From Phallusia mammillata (taxonomy: Eukaryota), in NCBI GenBank assembly GCA_965637545.1, contig OZ281494.1, forward strand, positions 5,580,001 through 5,644,000: a DNA stretch of 64,000 nucleotides, in the 5' to 3' direction. The position numbers and the translations under genes are program-made. Below, in pieces: positions 1 to 12,033 of this stretch (position 1 is its first letter; each line of letters begins with the position of its first letter). The notes beneath the pieces are model-generated. The model was not told where the DNA came from. It saw nothing but the letters and a program-made list of their open reading frames with translations, and made no database searches.

Positions 1-905
1 TACTCATCAATCATTTCTAACAAATCTAAATAGTTGAAAAAAATTAAAACATTTACTAGAAATCAGTGGCCCTGTTTTTAAATGCAAGAAATGGTACAAA
101 ATAAAATAGAAGGTGGTTTAGCTCGCATTGCTGCTTGTGCATCAGTAAGACTGTGACTTATATGCTTTCAATTTTTGCTTGGGTCACAAATTAAGTTTTG
201 TAACCTTTGTTTGTTTCTGCAGGTAGAAGCTCACAGGTCCCAACACTGGCAAATTTGTGAATGATGCATTTAAAGTGATAAATGTGAAAAAAATTGCTGA
301 TGTAAACCAAACTATGGAAATCAACATACTATTACTTTCGGTTACAAAAAATTGCATGGAGGCCTAAAAAGAAAAAAATGAATACTGTCAGTTTTCTTTT
401 GAGTGATTCCACTATATACAGAAACAAAGCTGTTGGGCGCAGCCATTAGATTGAACACATCGATAGTCATGATTGTAGGCTAGGGCCAGTTGGTTTCTGC
501 TGTCCAGTGTGTATCTAGTTCACACTGTCCAGTGTGTTTCCAGTGCGGAGTGTAGAGTGTTTTATTAAATGAAACACATATTTTTATATATAGTGAAAAA
601 AACATGTGGTACAAAATTCAGCAGGGAACACTAAATCCCATTTGCAGGGGCATGGCTGGAAACACAAGCTTTCTGACGTCATAACAAAGAGAAATTGTAA
701 CGGCCTAATCCTCAACACACAAACACGAACAGCTATCAAATTTAGGACATGCAAAATCACGCTACATTTAAATGACTTAGAGCTTGGGCAATTTTAGAAT
801 TTTATGATGTGAAATCTAATGCTTTTGTAAACAGCCACTACAAAGCCATGTTTATTTTAGGGCTATAGGTTCACAACCCAAAATATTTAAAGTGACAACA
901 TTTAC

Positions 906-1441
906 TTTTCATTTGAAACATAGAAGCAGCTTGTAGAATGCCAAATACATCTTCAACACAAAGAAAGATGTTTCCAGAGTAAATAAAATCCAATATTTGT
1001 TCAATGGCTTGCCAAGACAACTCCTTCAGCTCAACAGTATCAGAGTATTTTTCCATCATCTTAGCAAAGAAAGTTTAAGTCATTTATTATTGGCTATTGT
1101 GTTTACAGTCTTAACAAACACATAGATTGTGCTGCCAACAGTAGCTGTAGCATTTGATATGTTAATTACAATCTCAAACAATGGTGTGTGAAATAAAATT
1201 TGTGCATGCAAGCGCTGTAAATACAAAAACCTTAAATTTATTCTATGTGTTTTAAGGATATAAATTAAGGTGTACGATTTCTAAATACTCACATCTGTTC
1301 GAAACATTGTTGCAAAGTAATCACAACTTGTTGCTAACACATTTCTATGAGCTGGAAATCTTTTTTCATTCACCACAAGTTCAATATCACAAAGAAACCC
1401 TTCTTTTCTCTGTCTAAAGGTGAGAGCTTGATCAGTAACAA
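906..1441 (-). CDS. BTB/POZ-domain protein, probably Kelch-like (two exons seen; gene incomplete here)
   Basis: Exons 1441-1293 and 1059-906 with AG/GT boundaries join in frame: VTDQALTFRQRKEGFLCDIELVVNEKRFPAHRNVLATSCDYFATMFRTD|MMEKYSDTVELKELSWQAIEQILDFIYSGNIFLCVEDVFGILQAASMFQMK, which has typical BTB motifs (CD..L.V..KRF.AHR.VLA.S.YF..MF; ILDFIYSG). Kelch repeats were not seen, so Kelch-like is an inference. Confidence 0.78.
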
Positions 1442-1685
1442 CTAGAATGGTATTACTTTAAATACTGCTTTCACGCACGTTTTATGACATGATTAAAAAA
1501 TTTTCATAAAAAATGTAAAGTTGTTGTTTTTAACTCAATAACTAACTCGCCCCTTCTAGAATTGTTTGACTTTTGCAAATTATAGTTTTGTTTCACTTTT
1601 AAACTGGGTTTGGGATTGGCTATTGTCAAAACAATAACGGCTTTTTTCTTAGGAAGTAGGCTGGGGTAAAAATACAACATTAAAC

Positions 1686-2060
1686 GGGCTCCTCTAAAAT
1701 ACGCAATCTACGCAATCTGTACGCAATCTGCTTATAAAACGTATGCAACCTTTAAAAAATGTTGGCGGTTAGGGCTTTTAGGGTCTGGGTGAGGGTTTAT
1801 AATAAAATTAACACTATAATTTAGTTTTAGATGTCCAGTTTGGGCTTAATATTCTCATATGTGTTGAGAGTGGTACTAAACACTGTATGGTACCGCATGT
1901 TAACACTTGTAGAGAAAATTAGACCTGAAAGGCATCTGAAGTTAAATTATAAAGTTAATTGTATCACAAACCATCACCCTGACCCTAATAGCACTAACCG
2001 TCAACATCTTAGTTAGTTTTTGTTAGTAGATTGCGTAGATTGCGTATTTTAGAGTGGCCC
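1686..2060. mobile_element. Non-autonomous foldback/MITE element with long imperfect TIRs and 9-bp TSD (Mutator-like)
   Basis: Ends GGGCTCCTCTAAAATACGCAATCTACGCAATCT / AGATTGCGTAGATTGCGTATTTTAGAGTGGCCC; inner segments ~1764-1800 and ~1968-2005 are also inverted; ACATTAAAC duplicated at 1677-1685 and 2061-2069; paralogous site near 8145-8165 is empty. Confidence 0.85.
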
Positions 2061-2904
2061 ACATTAAACATTCTCAAATGCAATTTTGAGGTACAAGTAT
2101 TATAAGTAAGTGTCAGCCACCAGCAATGTTTGATAAACGAACAAAATGAGTTATTCGAAGCTGTTCCTTTACTATTAACGTTTAGGCCGAGAAATCAACC
2201 ATTAAAACAAAACTCACCTATTTAGATAATCAAGGCATTGTCCTGGATAGTTTTCAATTGATACCTGTCTTTTATTGCTCATCTTTGTGCACTACAGACT
2301 ACATCTCTTTGAAACATATAATGACAAATCTCACATCACTGTGTAAGAATCTATACTCTGAAGTTAATTATCAACCATATATTTAGATAAACATCTCAGA
2401 AACAATTTTTGTGTACAGATGTACGACCTTGCTTTATCACAGTTGTTTGCTTACCAGTTTTAAAACTTTTACGCCATTCCCTTGAGTACAACGTGTTTTA
2501 TTCACAAATCCATGCAACATATTTTACGTGTGTCACCTTATATTACTGAAATTTTGCAACATCAAGAAATAATTAAATAAATAAAACTTTACTAAAATAG
2601 CAAAACTAAATTTCCGTCTTGATTGTTATGTTTACTTTTGTTTCTGGGGAATTCCCTCTCAGGAATAAGGAATGTTTATGAGATAACCCAGTATTTGTTC
2701 ACAAATGTCATTTCGCCGAAATGGAAGTCAAAAATATTTAGAGGAAATTTTTTTGATTTCGCAACCATTATGCAAAATCACATTGCAAGCATTGTTCATT
2801 ATCAAAAACAAACACTTTTTTAAACAAAGCCAAAAGGAAAGCTCTAAATCCTTTTACAAGTCAGTGGTGAATTAAAAGGAAGGTCAAAAGTTAACGTAAG
2901 TTAC

Positions 2905-3812
2905 AAGTTTGACGAACAACGAAATTATATTCCGGCAATGAAGGAAAAGGTTTGACAAGTGTTTTTGAAACATATACCCGAGTACTATCCATTTCTGCAA
3001 TAAAAAGCGGACGAACGACTTTATAAAATACTACCCCCAGTGGTTAAAAGTGGTTCATTTGTTCAAAGGGGCCCAGCTCAGTAGACATTTTTCGAAAGTT
3101 TGACGAACAACGAAATTATGTTCCGGCAATGAAGGAAAAAGTTTGACAAGTGTTTTTGAAACATATACCCGAGTACTATCCATTTCTGCAATAAAAAGCG
3201 GACGAACGACTTTATAAAATACTACCCCCAGTGGTTAAAAGTGGTTCATTTGTTCAAAGGGGCCCAGCTCAGTAGACATTTTTCGAAAGTTTGACGAACA
3301 ACGAAATTATGTTCCGGCAATGAAGGAAAAAGTTTGACAAGTGTTTTTGAAACATATACCCGAGTACTATCCATTTCTGCAATAAAAAGCGGACGAACGA
3401 CTTTATAAAATACTACCCCCAGTGGTTAAAAGTGGTTCATTTGTTCAAAGGGGCCCAGCTCAGTAGACATTTTTCGAAAGTTTGACGAACAACGAAATTA
3501 TGTTCCGGCAATGAAGGAAAAAGTTTGACAAGTGTTTTTGAAACATATACCCGAGTACTATCCATTTCTGCAATAAAAAGCGGACGAACGACTTTATAAA
3601 ATACTACCCCCAGTGGTTAAAAGTGGTTCATTTGTTCAAAGGGGCCCAGCTCAGTAGACATTTTTCGAAAGTTTGACGAACAACGAAATTATGTTCCGGC
3701 AATGAAGGAAAAAGTTTGACAAGTGTTTTTGAAACATATACCCGAGTACTATCCATTTCTGCAATAAAAAGCGGACGAACGACTTTATAAAATACTACCC
3801 CCAGTGGTTAAA
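2905..3812. repeat. 191-bp tandem repeat, about 4.75 near-identical copies
   Basis: Unit start AAGTTTGACGAACAACGAAATTAT at 2905, 3096, 3287, 3478, 3669; only the first copy shows two substitutions. Confidence 0.95.
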
Positions 3813-4546
3813 TGTGGAAAGTTTGACCTTTCTCATTCTTGCTCGTATGGGATATAAGAGATAAAAGGAACCCAATATCGTCATAATTCGCGGATTCATG
3901 GAAATCATATGTCTAATTACAAAATGAAGTGTTTTAGATAATTTATGTTGCATTATTAATATTTGTTGGTGTCAATGAAGGAAAATAATTGCAAAAAAAT
4001 CCAAAATGATCGTACCTGATTCATGTTTTACGGGAGGGACCATTAGCGTATTTTATGGGAGGGAGGGGGGGGGGACATCGTGCCATGCCCCCTCCCCCCT
4101 CAAGAAATTTTGACCGGCTGTTTTAGTATTGAATCTTGCAATTCCAGACAAAACTGTAACGCAATGTGCGTAACGCATTGATGCTCATCACATTCACACA
4201 TCTCAATAAACAATGCATGCCAATCTAGGTCACTTGGCGTCCAACTGCGCGTATTATGTTACAATGGATTTTATAATAGTCACACTCATATAAGTGAAGA
4301 TAAGTCATCAAATGTACGAGGTGTTTATTCGAGGTACATGGTAATAGAATAACACAATGAGCGAATACGCCGCATAAGACGAGAGTCAGAGAAAGAAGGC
4401 AATCTGTCCGGTTCGCTGTAGTATGAAGGCACACGGTAACGGTAGTGAGAGAGGCCGCTACAACAGTATGATTAGGAGGCAACCATTGTTACTTGTTAGA
4501 AACAATTGTGTGGAGATAGATTCAGCGTAGGCTACTATTGTTTAAA

Positions 4547-6961
4547 ATGAAGCGAGGTAATAAAATAAACGCATATTTTTGCCAAAACGTAAAATCACCT
4601 CGGAAAATTCAGAAACAGAAATAGCCTCGACAAGCCAGGGTAACAAATCTTCCAAGACTTTTGAATTACTTTCGGATGCTATTTCGCCATTAGATATTGG
4701 ACATGCGATTGATACACCAGTTATTGATGACAGAAAGCGATTGGAATTACTTGACAATGTTTGGTCTCGATCTGACAGTTTTGTATGGCCTTTTTCCGAA
4801 CGCAAAGAAGGTGAAAAAACTCAAAAATATCTTGGAAAGCAGCACATCAGCGGGTTTTACGATTGCTTTGCGTTTTCACAGTTAAAGAAAGGACTTTACT
4901 GCGAGTATTGTATTGCGTTATATTTGCTCCTCAGGAGATTCGCGAAGTCATATTAAATCGATTAGTCAAAACTCCTTTGCAAAAATATACACATTTAACC
5001 GGAAAAGATGGTTATTTGACGTCTCATCTTGCGCATGGCTTTCACAGTGAATGTATACGACAAGCAACAGAACTACGATTGCGCATAAAAAATGGGATTG
5101 GCAACGTTTCCCAACAAGCGAATTCGGCTTTTGAAACGCAGCGACAGAAAAACAGAGAGGCTCTGAAGAAAATTATACGAGCAGTGGAACATATCAGAAA
5201 ACTGGGGTTGGCGTTCAGTGGCCACAGAGACAGCGGTAAATTGGCACTTGACTCAGAAAACCTTTACTCTCAAGGAAATTTCGAGCTCTCGAGTGTGGTC
5301 CTCTCGAAATTTCGAGTGTGGTCCAATAAGTGGCCTCGTTTCAAGCTTTGTGTGTTTCCTGTGCATGTATATAATCGCCATTTTGTTTTTGTTACGATCG
5401 AGACGCGGGCCAATGCATATCCGCCTAGGCGGGGAGTAAAAGCCCACGTGCTCTTCCTTTGTTCCCAGTGGTGACCCATTGTTTCACTGTCCGTTTGTTT
5501 ATTTGTTTCCTAGTGTCTATGTGTCCTTTTGAACCATTGACTACTTTCAACCCTTTGTGGTATGTGTTTCCGTATAATTATTTTTTAGTTTTTTATTGTG
5601 CGTTGATTCGCCAATACGCTCGTTTATTAGCGTCATAATAAACAAAAGATGGAACAACTGAGCTTGTGTCTCCGCTACGTTCACGACTTCCGCATTTGCG
5701 AGAGATTCCTATGTTTTGCCGTGGCACATATTTCACTGGAAAAGGATTGACAAAACAGATTATTGGTATATTTCTAGACTCCGGAGTGGACATTTCTTTT
5801 ATGGTTTTATGGTTTACGTACATTGTGCGGCACACAACCTGAATCTCAGTCTGGCCAAAGCTTCAAATGTGCCACCAATATCTGCGGCACTAGCCACTAT
5901 TCAATCTACAGCCGTATTCTTTTCTGATTCTAATAAAAGGATGGCCTCTCTGACATCGTTTATACTTTATACGATCTGTTTGTCCAGAAAGCGCTCACAC
6001 AAGACTGCAGCAACACTGTCAGACACGATGGGTCGAAAAGCAGACTTCTGTTTTAATATTCAGAGAGCTTTACCCTGCTGTTGTCGCAGCATTAGATTCT
6101 TTGACTTCGTGCCCTCGCAACGGAGGTAAAGCACTGATGTTAATGAGAGCTATCAGTGAGCAATCATTGTTAGTTGCTCTTGAGGGTACTGCAAGAGTAT
6201 TGGAAGTTACTAAACCGTTAGCAATGCTCCTCCAAACTGTCTCTTTGGATTTGCATAAGGCTACAGCATCTGTAAATAACTGCGTTGGCACGTTGAAGCA
6301 GGTGCGAGAAGATGACACATTTTCAATGTTATTTTCGAAGGCCGAGGCTCGCCATGGCGGTCCTATAACCCTGCCCTGAATTATTGGACGCCAAGTTCAC
6401 AGAGGAAACGCATGCACCGGCCGATTCTCCAGCATCGCACTACAAGCGAAATGTTTTTACCCCTTCATTGATACTGCCATATCACAGCTTCGTGAACGGT
6501 TTTATGAACACTCTGCCAAGGCACTGTCCATGCAGTCTCTTCTTCCGAAGTTCTGTGTAAACGAACCGTTCGGGCGGATCGAAGCTGCTGTTGAAGAGTT
6601 TGGTCGCTTCCTTCCAGGATCGAAAAATGCAGTAGAAGTTGAGTTTTTGCGATGGAAAAACCACTGGAAGCGCAAAGACGTCAAACCAACAAATATCATT
6701 GATGTGTTGAAAGCAGCAAGTGAACTGCAGACATTTCCCTGCATTCCGAAATTGCTACAAATATTTGCGACTTTTCCAGTCACAACCGCATCAAGTGAGC
6801 GTTCATTCAGTACATTAAAATACATCGAAAATTACCTGCGTTCTACTATGGGTGAACCTCGATTGAATGGCCTTGCCTCTTTATTTATTCACCGCGACAT
6901 TAAATTACGACGACGTAATTGTGGAATTTTCGAAAAAAATAGACGTATAGACCTCATGTAG
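4547..6961 (+). pseudogene. Decayed hAT-superfamily transposase (DUF4371 / ZMYM1-THAP12-like)
   Basis: Fragments across frameshifts: MKRGNKINAYF, KKGLYCEYC, LAFSGHRDSG..QGNF, VYVHCAAHNLNL, HCQTRWVEK, and the hAT dimerisation-type FPCIPKLLQIFATFPVTTASSERSFSTLKYIENYLRSTMGEPRLNGLA. Several frameshifts, a stop at 6377-6379, an unrelated ~400-bp segment at ~5285-5700, and the central catalytic segment is missing. Confidence 0.88.
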
Positions 6962-7526
6962 ATAGTGTATATTTCCTGTGTCGTATTACGTAAGTGTATG
7001 TTTTCTATTTCTTCCATTCTTCATTCGTTTCCGTTAAAAAAACAAGTGTTACATGTATACGATCGAATCGTGACAATAACGTTAGTTACTTACAGCAAGA
7101 GTAAGGGCTTCACAGGGCCTTAGGCTAACCAGCATTTAGTTGATATTGCGAGTTTAGTAGGCACAACAGGTGCTAACAGAGAGGTCTACACAGTCTACCG
7201 CCAGATGGCGCAATATATTTCATATTATTGCCCTCCCCATTTTTGGTGACGTCATGAGAAGGCATGATGACGTCATGTATAAAGTTTTGGCTCGCTACGA
7301 TGAATGTTTCGCAAAATGACGTTTATTTGAAGGCCTGCAGAATTCTATGATGACGCCATAGTGACGTCAATATGTGTGTGACGTATCCGAGTTATGACGT
7401 AAACAAAAAAATAACAATTTATGTGATAAGATAAAAATAAAATTTGAAACTGGTATGTGGTAATCAGTTCTATTGCAAAATTTCCCACAAAAAAAATTCG
7501 ATTCTCATTTCGGCGAAATGACGGTG

Positions 7527-7929
7527 GTATTTGTTCAATGGCTTGCCAAGACAGCTCCTTGAGCTCGACAGTAGAGTATTTTTCCATCATCTAAGCGAAG
7601 AAAGGATCAATTCAGTTACTATTTGCTATTGTGTTTATTGCATTTAATATCTTACATACGATTTCAAACAATGTTGTGTTTAAATTTTTTTGTGAGCAAG
7701 TGTTGTAAGTACAAAAGCCTTGAGTTTATTCTATGTGTTTCAAGGATATAAATTAAGATACAGTCTTTGGTAACACTCACATCTGTTCGAAACATTGTTG
7801 CAAAGTAATCACAACTAGTTGCTAACACAATTCTATGAGCTGGAAATCTTTATCCATCCACAACAAGTTCGACATCACACAGAAATCCTTCTTTTCGTTG
7901 TTTAATGGTGAGAGCTTGATCAGTAACAA
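7527..7929 (-). pseudogene. Disrupted paralog of the BTB gene at 906-1441
   Basis: Exon 7929-7781 (149 bp, same length as 1441-1293) has in-frame TAA at 7852-7850 where the paralog has K; next exon starts 7590 and is interrupted at 7527 by the 4.8-kb element, with its diverged remainder at ~2699-2630; intron homology extends to ~8210. Confidence 0.85.
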
Positions 7930-9460
7930 CTATAATGGTGTTACTTTGAATAATGCTTTGACACATGTTCAAAAACATTATTCGCAAGTTGGGTTAAAAA
8001 AATTAAAGTTGTAGTTCTTAACCCACCTCAGAAATTTAAGGTTATTGTTCTACGTCACTGCCAAACTGTGTTTGCTGTTCCTTACAGCCAAAACAGTGTA
8101 AACTAATTGCTTTGTATTGTATACAGTAGTCTGAGGTAGAATTAGAACACTGAATATTCTCAAATGCAATTTTGCGGCTCATGTATTGTAAAAAAGTGTC
8201 AGCCACTAGGTATTTTTAACAAACAAAACAACATCAAATAATAGGATTTTTTTTACTATATACCTTTAGGAAATTCTGGGGATGGTGCTCGTAGCCTTTA
8301 AAAAACATATAAATTGGCAAGATGTAGAAAAGCCAGGCATGTAGTTAGCAACTGTTTTGTAGATAAACAAGTAATACTTGGTTTGTTGTGGCTCACATGT
8401 GTATAAGTTGGCAAATTTTTCCCCAAATGTTTTGCTTTAAAGACTATTGATCAATTGTCAAATATACAATTGTATAAAACAATATCTCTTATTAACAGAT
8501 CCAACATTCAACCTACAGGACCAGCCAAGTGACGTTTTGGTTCAACAAAATCAGAGTTGCGGGTAAATAAAATAGGCCGATCAATAGAACTGTAACAAAT
8601 ATTATTACATGGATGTTCAAGTGTTTGGTTTTAATTTAACAGAATACCTTCAAATATGTGGCAGAGATTGAAGAAAAAATGGGAGACAAAGAAGCAAAAC
8701 TAATAGTCGGTGGGTGTATTGTTTATATTTTACCGAGAGCACTAGCAATGTAATGAACATCAAACTTACTGCTGTGTATGGATATAGACACACTACAAAT
8801 GCAATTTTGTTACATCAATTGATTTTCGCGGCAAACAATTAATTTTGGTCAAAATCATTAAACATCTTTTTGAAGAGTCACATAGCTATAAGAACTTTAC
8901 TTCTTTAACAATTTTGGGGATGTCCCCACAAAGCAATGTATTGCATCATGCATTTTATTTACATGAGTTTTAAGCAGCAATAATTTAAATTCTAGCATTA
9001 GATTTAACAAATTTGTATTTTGCGATTGCCATTTTGTGTAAAGTTTTGTTTGTACAAATAAGCATACTACTGCCATGCATTGGAAAAGCTGAGCTGATAA
9101 CGAGCCATTTTTTTGATTAGGCAATGATTACATTGCTGTGTAAATTTAGTATTTTTTAGTTTGTCATTTGTAAAAATTGTAAACAGGAAGAGGTTACACC
9201 ACTTCCAAAGTGTGAACCCACAGGACAAACTATTAACAAACCTGTGACTATCCGGCTTCAAACTTGTTATATTACTGACCCTGATAAAAAAGTTGAGGTA
9301 TCACATACTGGGTATTTTAAGTAAACTATATTTTGGTTTGCAGTTATAAAAAAATGCTTCGGAAGGTTTTTGACTGGCCACAAGTTTAAAAACTTGTATA
9401 CACATGGCATCAAGTCAATTTTTACCAAAAAAACTTTAAACATACACCCATAATGTAGTA

Positions 9461-11180
9461 CAGACGAATCCGGTTAATCGCATACCGGTTAATCGCATAA
9501 TCCGTTTAATTGCATCACAATTAAAAATCCCAAACCGTCGCCCATCGTTTGTTAAGAAAATCGTCCGGTTAATCGCATACCGGTTTATCGCATAAACCGG
9601 ATATTCGCATCGATTTTCCACGAAATATGCGATTAACCGGATTGATGATCTCTATGTGAAAGTCGAACAGCCCGAGTATTTGGAATAAAAAACGACGATA
9701 TGATAGTAAAATCCTCCGGAGGTAATGTACGCGAAAAAGACGTAGATGCATTTTTGCATTCCACACCAAATAACGCGTTTAACGTTGAAAATGACACGTC
9801 TCGACCATAAAATATTTTGGAAAAGTTATTAGAAGATTAAATCGGCGTTCAGTGTACCGCTGTGCGATAACAAGGAGTCGTTATCTCACAGCCGTGCACA
9901 TTCCTCCTTTTTTGGCTTATCTAATCGCCAATAGTAATATAACAAGCGTTTAAATAAAGAGTTCAACGTGTTAAAATTACGAAACTTGTGTTCCGGCAAA
10001 GACGCTGATTGCAATTTCTTACTAAGTGCGAACTGCACCAAATTCGAAGTGTTAAACTGTATTGAAATTTAAACAAGGTTAAATGTAAAACAAATGTTTA
10101 AAAATGTTTTCTGTTATATTGTTCATGACCCGCCAAACACGTAATGGTTGTAAAAAATGTTAGATCGCAAGTAATCACACCATGTTGTTTAGATTCACGT
10201 AGTTGGTAACGTGCCAATGATTGCCATATTTTGACTTCTGTTCGTGACCTTGCGCAACTTATCAGGTAAAACACCGATTAAGAAAGGCATTTATTTCTGT
10301 AGTATTTGTTGCTGCTTTAAATTTTTGAAGCAACGATCACACGTTGATCACGTGACAGTCACGCTAATCTTGCAACTGCAGTTTTGCTGAGTAAGCTAGA
10401 AAGTAGCGCCATAATCTGAGTCGTTAAAGTTTTGCTAAAATTAAATATTCTTTTTGTCAATTGGATAACGGGTTATAATAGAAACTGATGCAGCTCGCCT
10501 TATTGCCCTTGCGCTGTAGAATTTGCCAAAGTTTTAAGTTTGACTAGGTTTCGGTCGTGTACTTGCGGGTTTGGGGTTGCTTACAATTATGCATCTAGCA
10601 CTTTGCCGCTTAACGCGTTGGTTTGAACTAGAAAACGAAATAGGTTAGAAACAACAGGCCATTTTACGTGTATATTAGGCGAGAGGCCTGGCACATTTAT
10701 ATAGAAAACTACCGAAAACAAGACTAAAACGTCATAAATCGTCTTCATAGGGAAGTTCCCAAATTTAAATGTTGGGCCGCTTAGCTACGATGCGATGTAA
10801 CATATCTTTTCAAATAAACCTGACTGCAAGAGAAAGCACAAATCAAGCGAACTGTGGCGTGTGCGCCAATTAAGAGTGTGTGTGTGCGTTTCTACTGTTT
10901 CTTTAACACACTTAGGCGATTGCACCATAGCCACGATAGTTAGGAAGCATGACGTCATGTATTGCGCTGAGAGCAGCAATTTTTTCAATTCTCGGCAACA
11001 AAAGAGAGAAAATACTGCTCCGTTGCCATAGTTGAGCGTCACTGCAACTTTGTTTCAGCTGGGGAAGTGAAAATGAGCACTTTTGTTAACAGCGTGTACT
11101 GTTTACATAGCAACCGGATTATCGTTAATCGCATCAAATAACCTTGGCAAATCGATGATGCGATTAACCGGATTCGTCTG
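9461..11180. mobile_element. Non-autonomous Tc1/mariner-pogo-like element in an intron of the ZU5 gene
   Basis: TIR CAGACGAATCCGGTTAATCGCAT / ATGCGATTAACCGGATTCGTCTG, flanked by TA on both sides (9459-9460, 11181-11182), subterminal CCGGTTAATCGCAT repeats, no transposase ORF. Confidence 0.88.
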
Positions 11181-11960
11181 TATTGATATAAATTTTAGAT
11201 TAAATCTGGTAAAGATGGAAAGACATGGCAAATAATAAACAAAGTTGATCACAGTGATGAGGATTATGTCACTTTTGAAAGACACCACTTCTCATAGTAT
11301 GTTAATTCAAAAGCAAAATATTTAACTTCATTGATTTCTTCTTTAGTTTTTAGGCATTTATTGGCATCAAACACATTTTAAAACAAGAAGTAATGCAGAG
11401 AATCTACTTTCCAACACACCATGAAAGTCAAAATTCAGTTCGAAAAATAAGGTAAAAATTACATTAATTTCACTATTCATATATCTTGTGCAAACATTGT
11501 AACAATAAGAAGATGCACATACTTCTTATTGTGGGTTATGTATAATTTATATATTTCTCAGGGAGCAACTGCAACTCACTTGTGCAAAGGGGTATTTTTT
11601 TCGAATATATATAACTTTCCCCTATAGTTACATAACTGTTTTGTTTATGATATACAAAAGAAACTTTAGGTAAAAAAGAAATTAATCTACAAGTAATCAA
11701 ATTGTAAATTTTGTTGCTTAAAGTAAAAATTTTAGGACTTAAATTAAATCCTAAATACTTCTGAAGATTTTAATGTTCTAGTTGTTTGTTTTTGTACACA
11801 GGTCAAATTCTCCAATGAAGGTTCAGTATGGAAGGAATTGAAAACACTGCTGGATATAACAGATACACATATCTCATTTCAAACTTTTCACTTTACCTGG
11901 TAACAATATGCCATCAGTGGTAACTACAAGAGTATATATTGCTAAATATAAAACAGTGGT

Positions 11961-12033
11961 ACCCCAAAATGCATAATAAACAGTCTATAATATAGATAAT
12001 ACAATATAGACTGTTTATTATGCATTTTGGGGT
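11961..12033. repeat. Perfect intronic hairpin (29-bp arms, 15-nt spacer)
   Basis: ACCCCAAAATGCATAATAAACAGTCTATA (11961-11989) is the exact reverse complement of 12005-12033. Confidence 0.85.

Larger units (their letters stand above)
2700..7526. mobile_element. 4.8-kb composite TIR DNA element (CAC...GTG ends, 9-bp TSD) inserted into a BTB exon
   Basis: 17-bp inverted match GTCATTTCGCCGAAATG (2707-2723) / CATTTCGGCGAAATGAC (7506-7522); GTATTTGTT at 2691-2699 and 7527-7535; removing the element rejoins the BTB paralog exon (WQAIEQI + LGYL). Confidence 0.8.

Noticed and set aside
181-365. Candidate further BTB/BACK exon on the minus strand
   Set aside because: The frame required by the upstream exon hits a stop after ten codons, and the open frame does not resemble BACK or Kelch.
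2905-3812. Possible CRISPR array
   Set aside because: Units are contiguous 191-bp repeats with no unique spacers, in a spliced eukaryotic context with no cas genes.
4041-7306. Complete inner hAT element with its own TIRs and TSD
   Set aside because: The left end is supported, but no convincing matching right TIR or 8-bp TSD was found, so the boundaries were not called.
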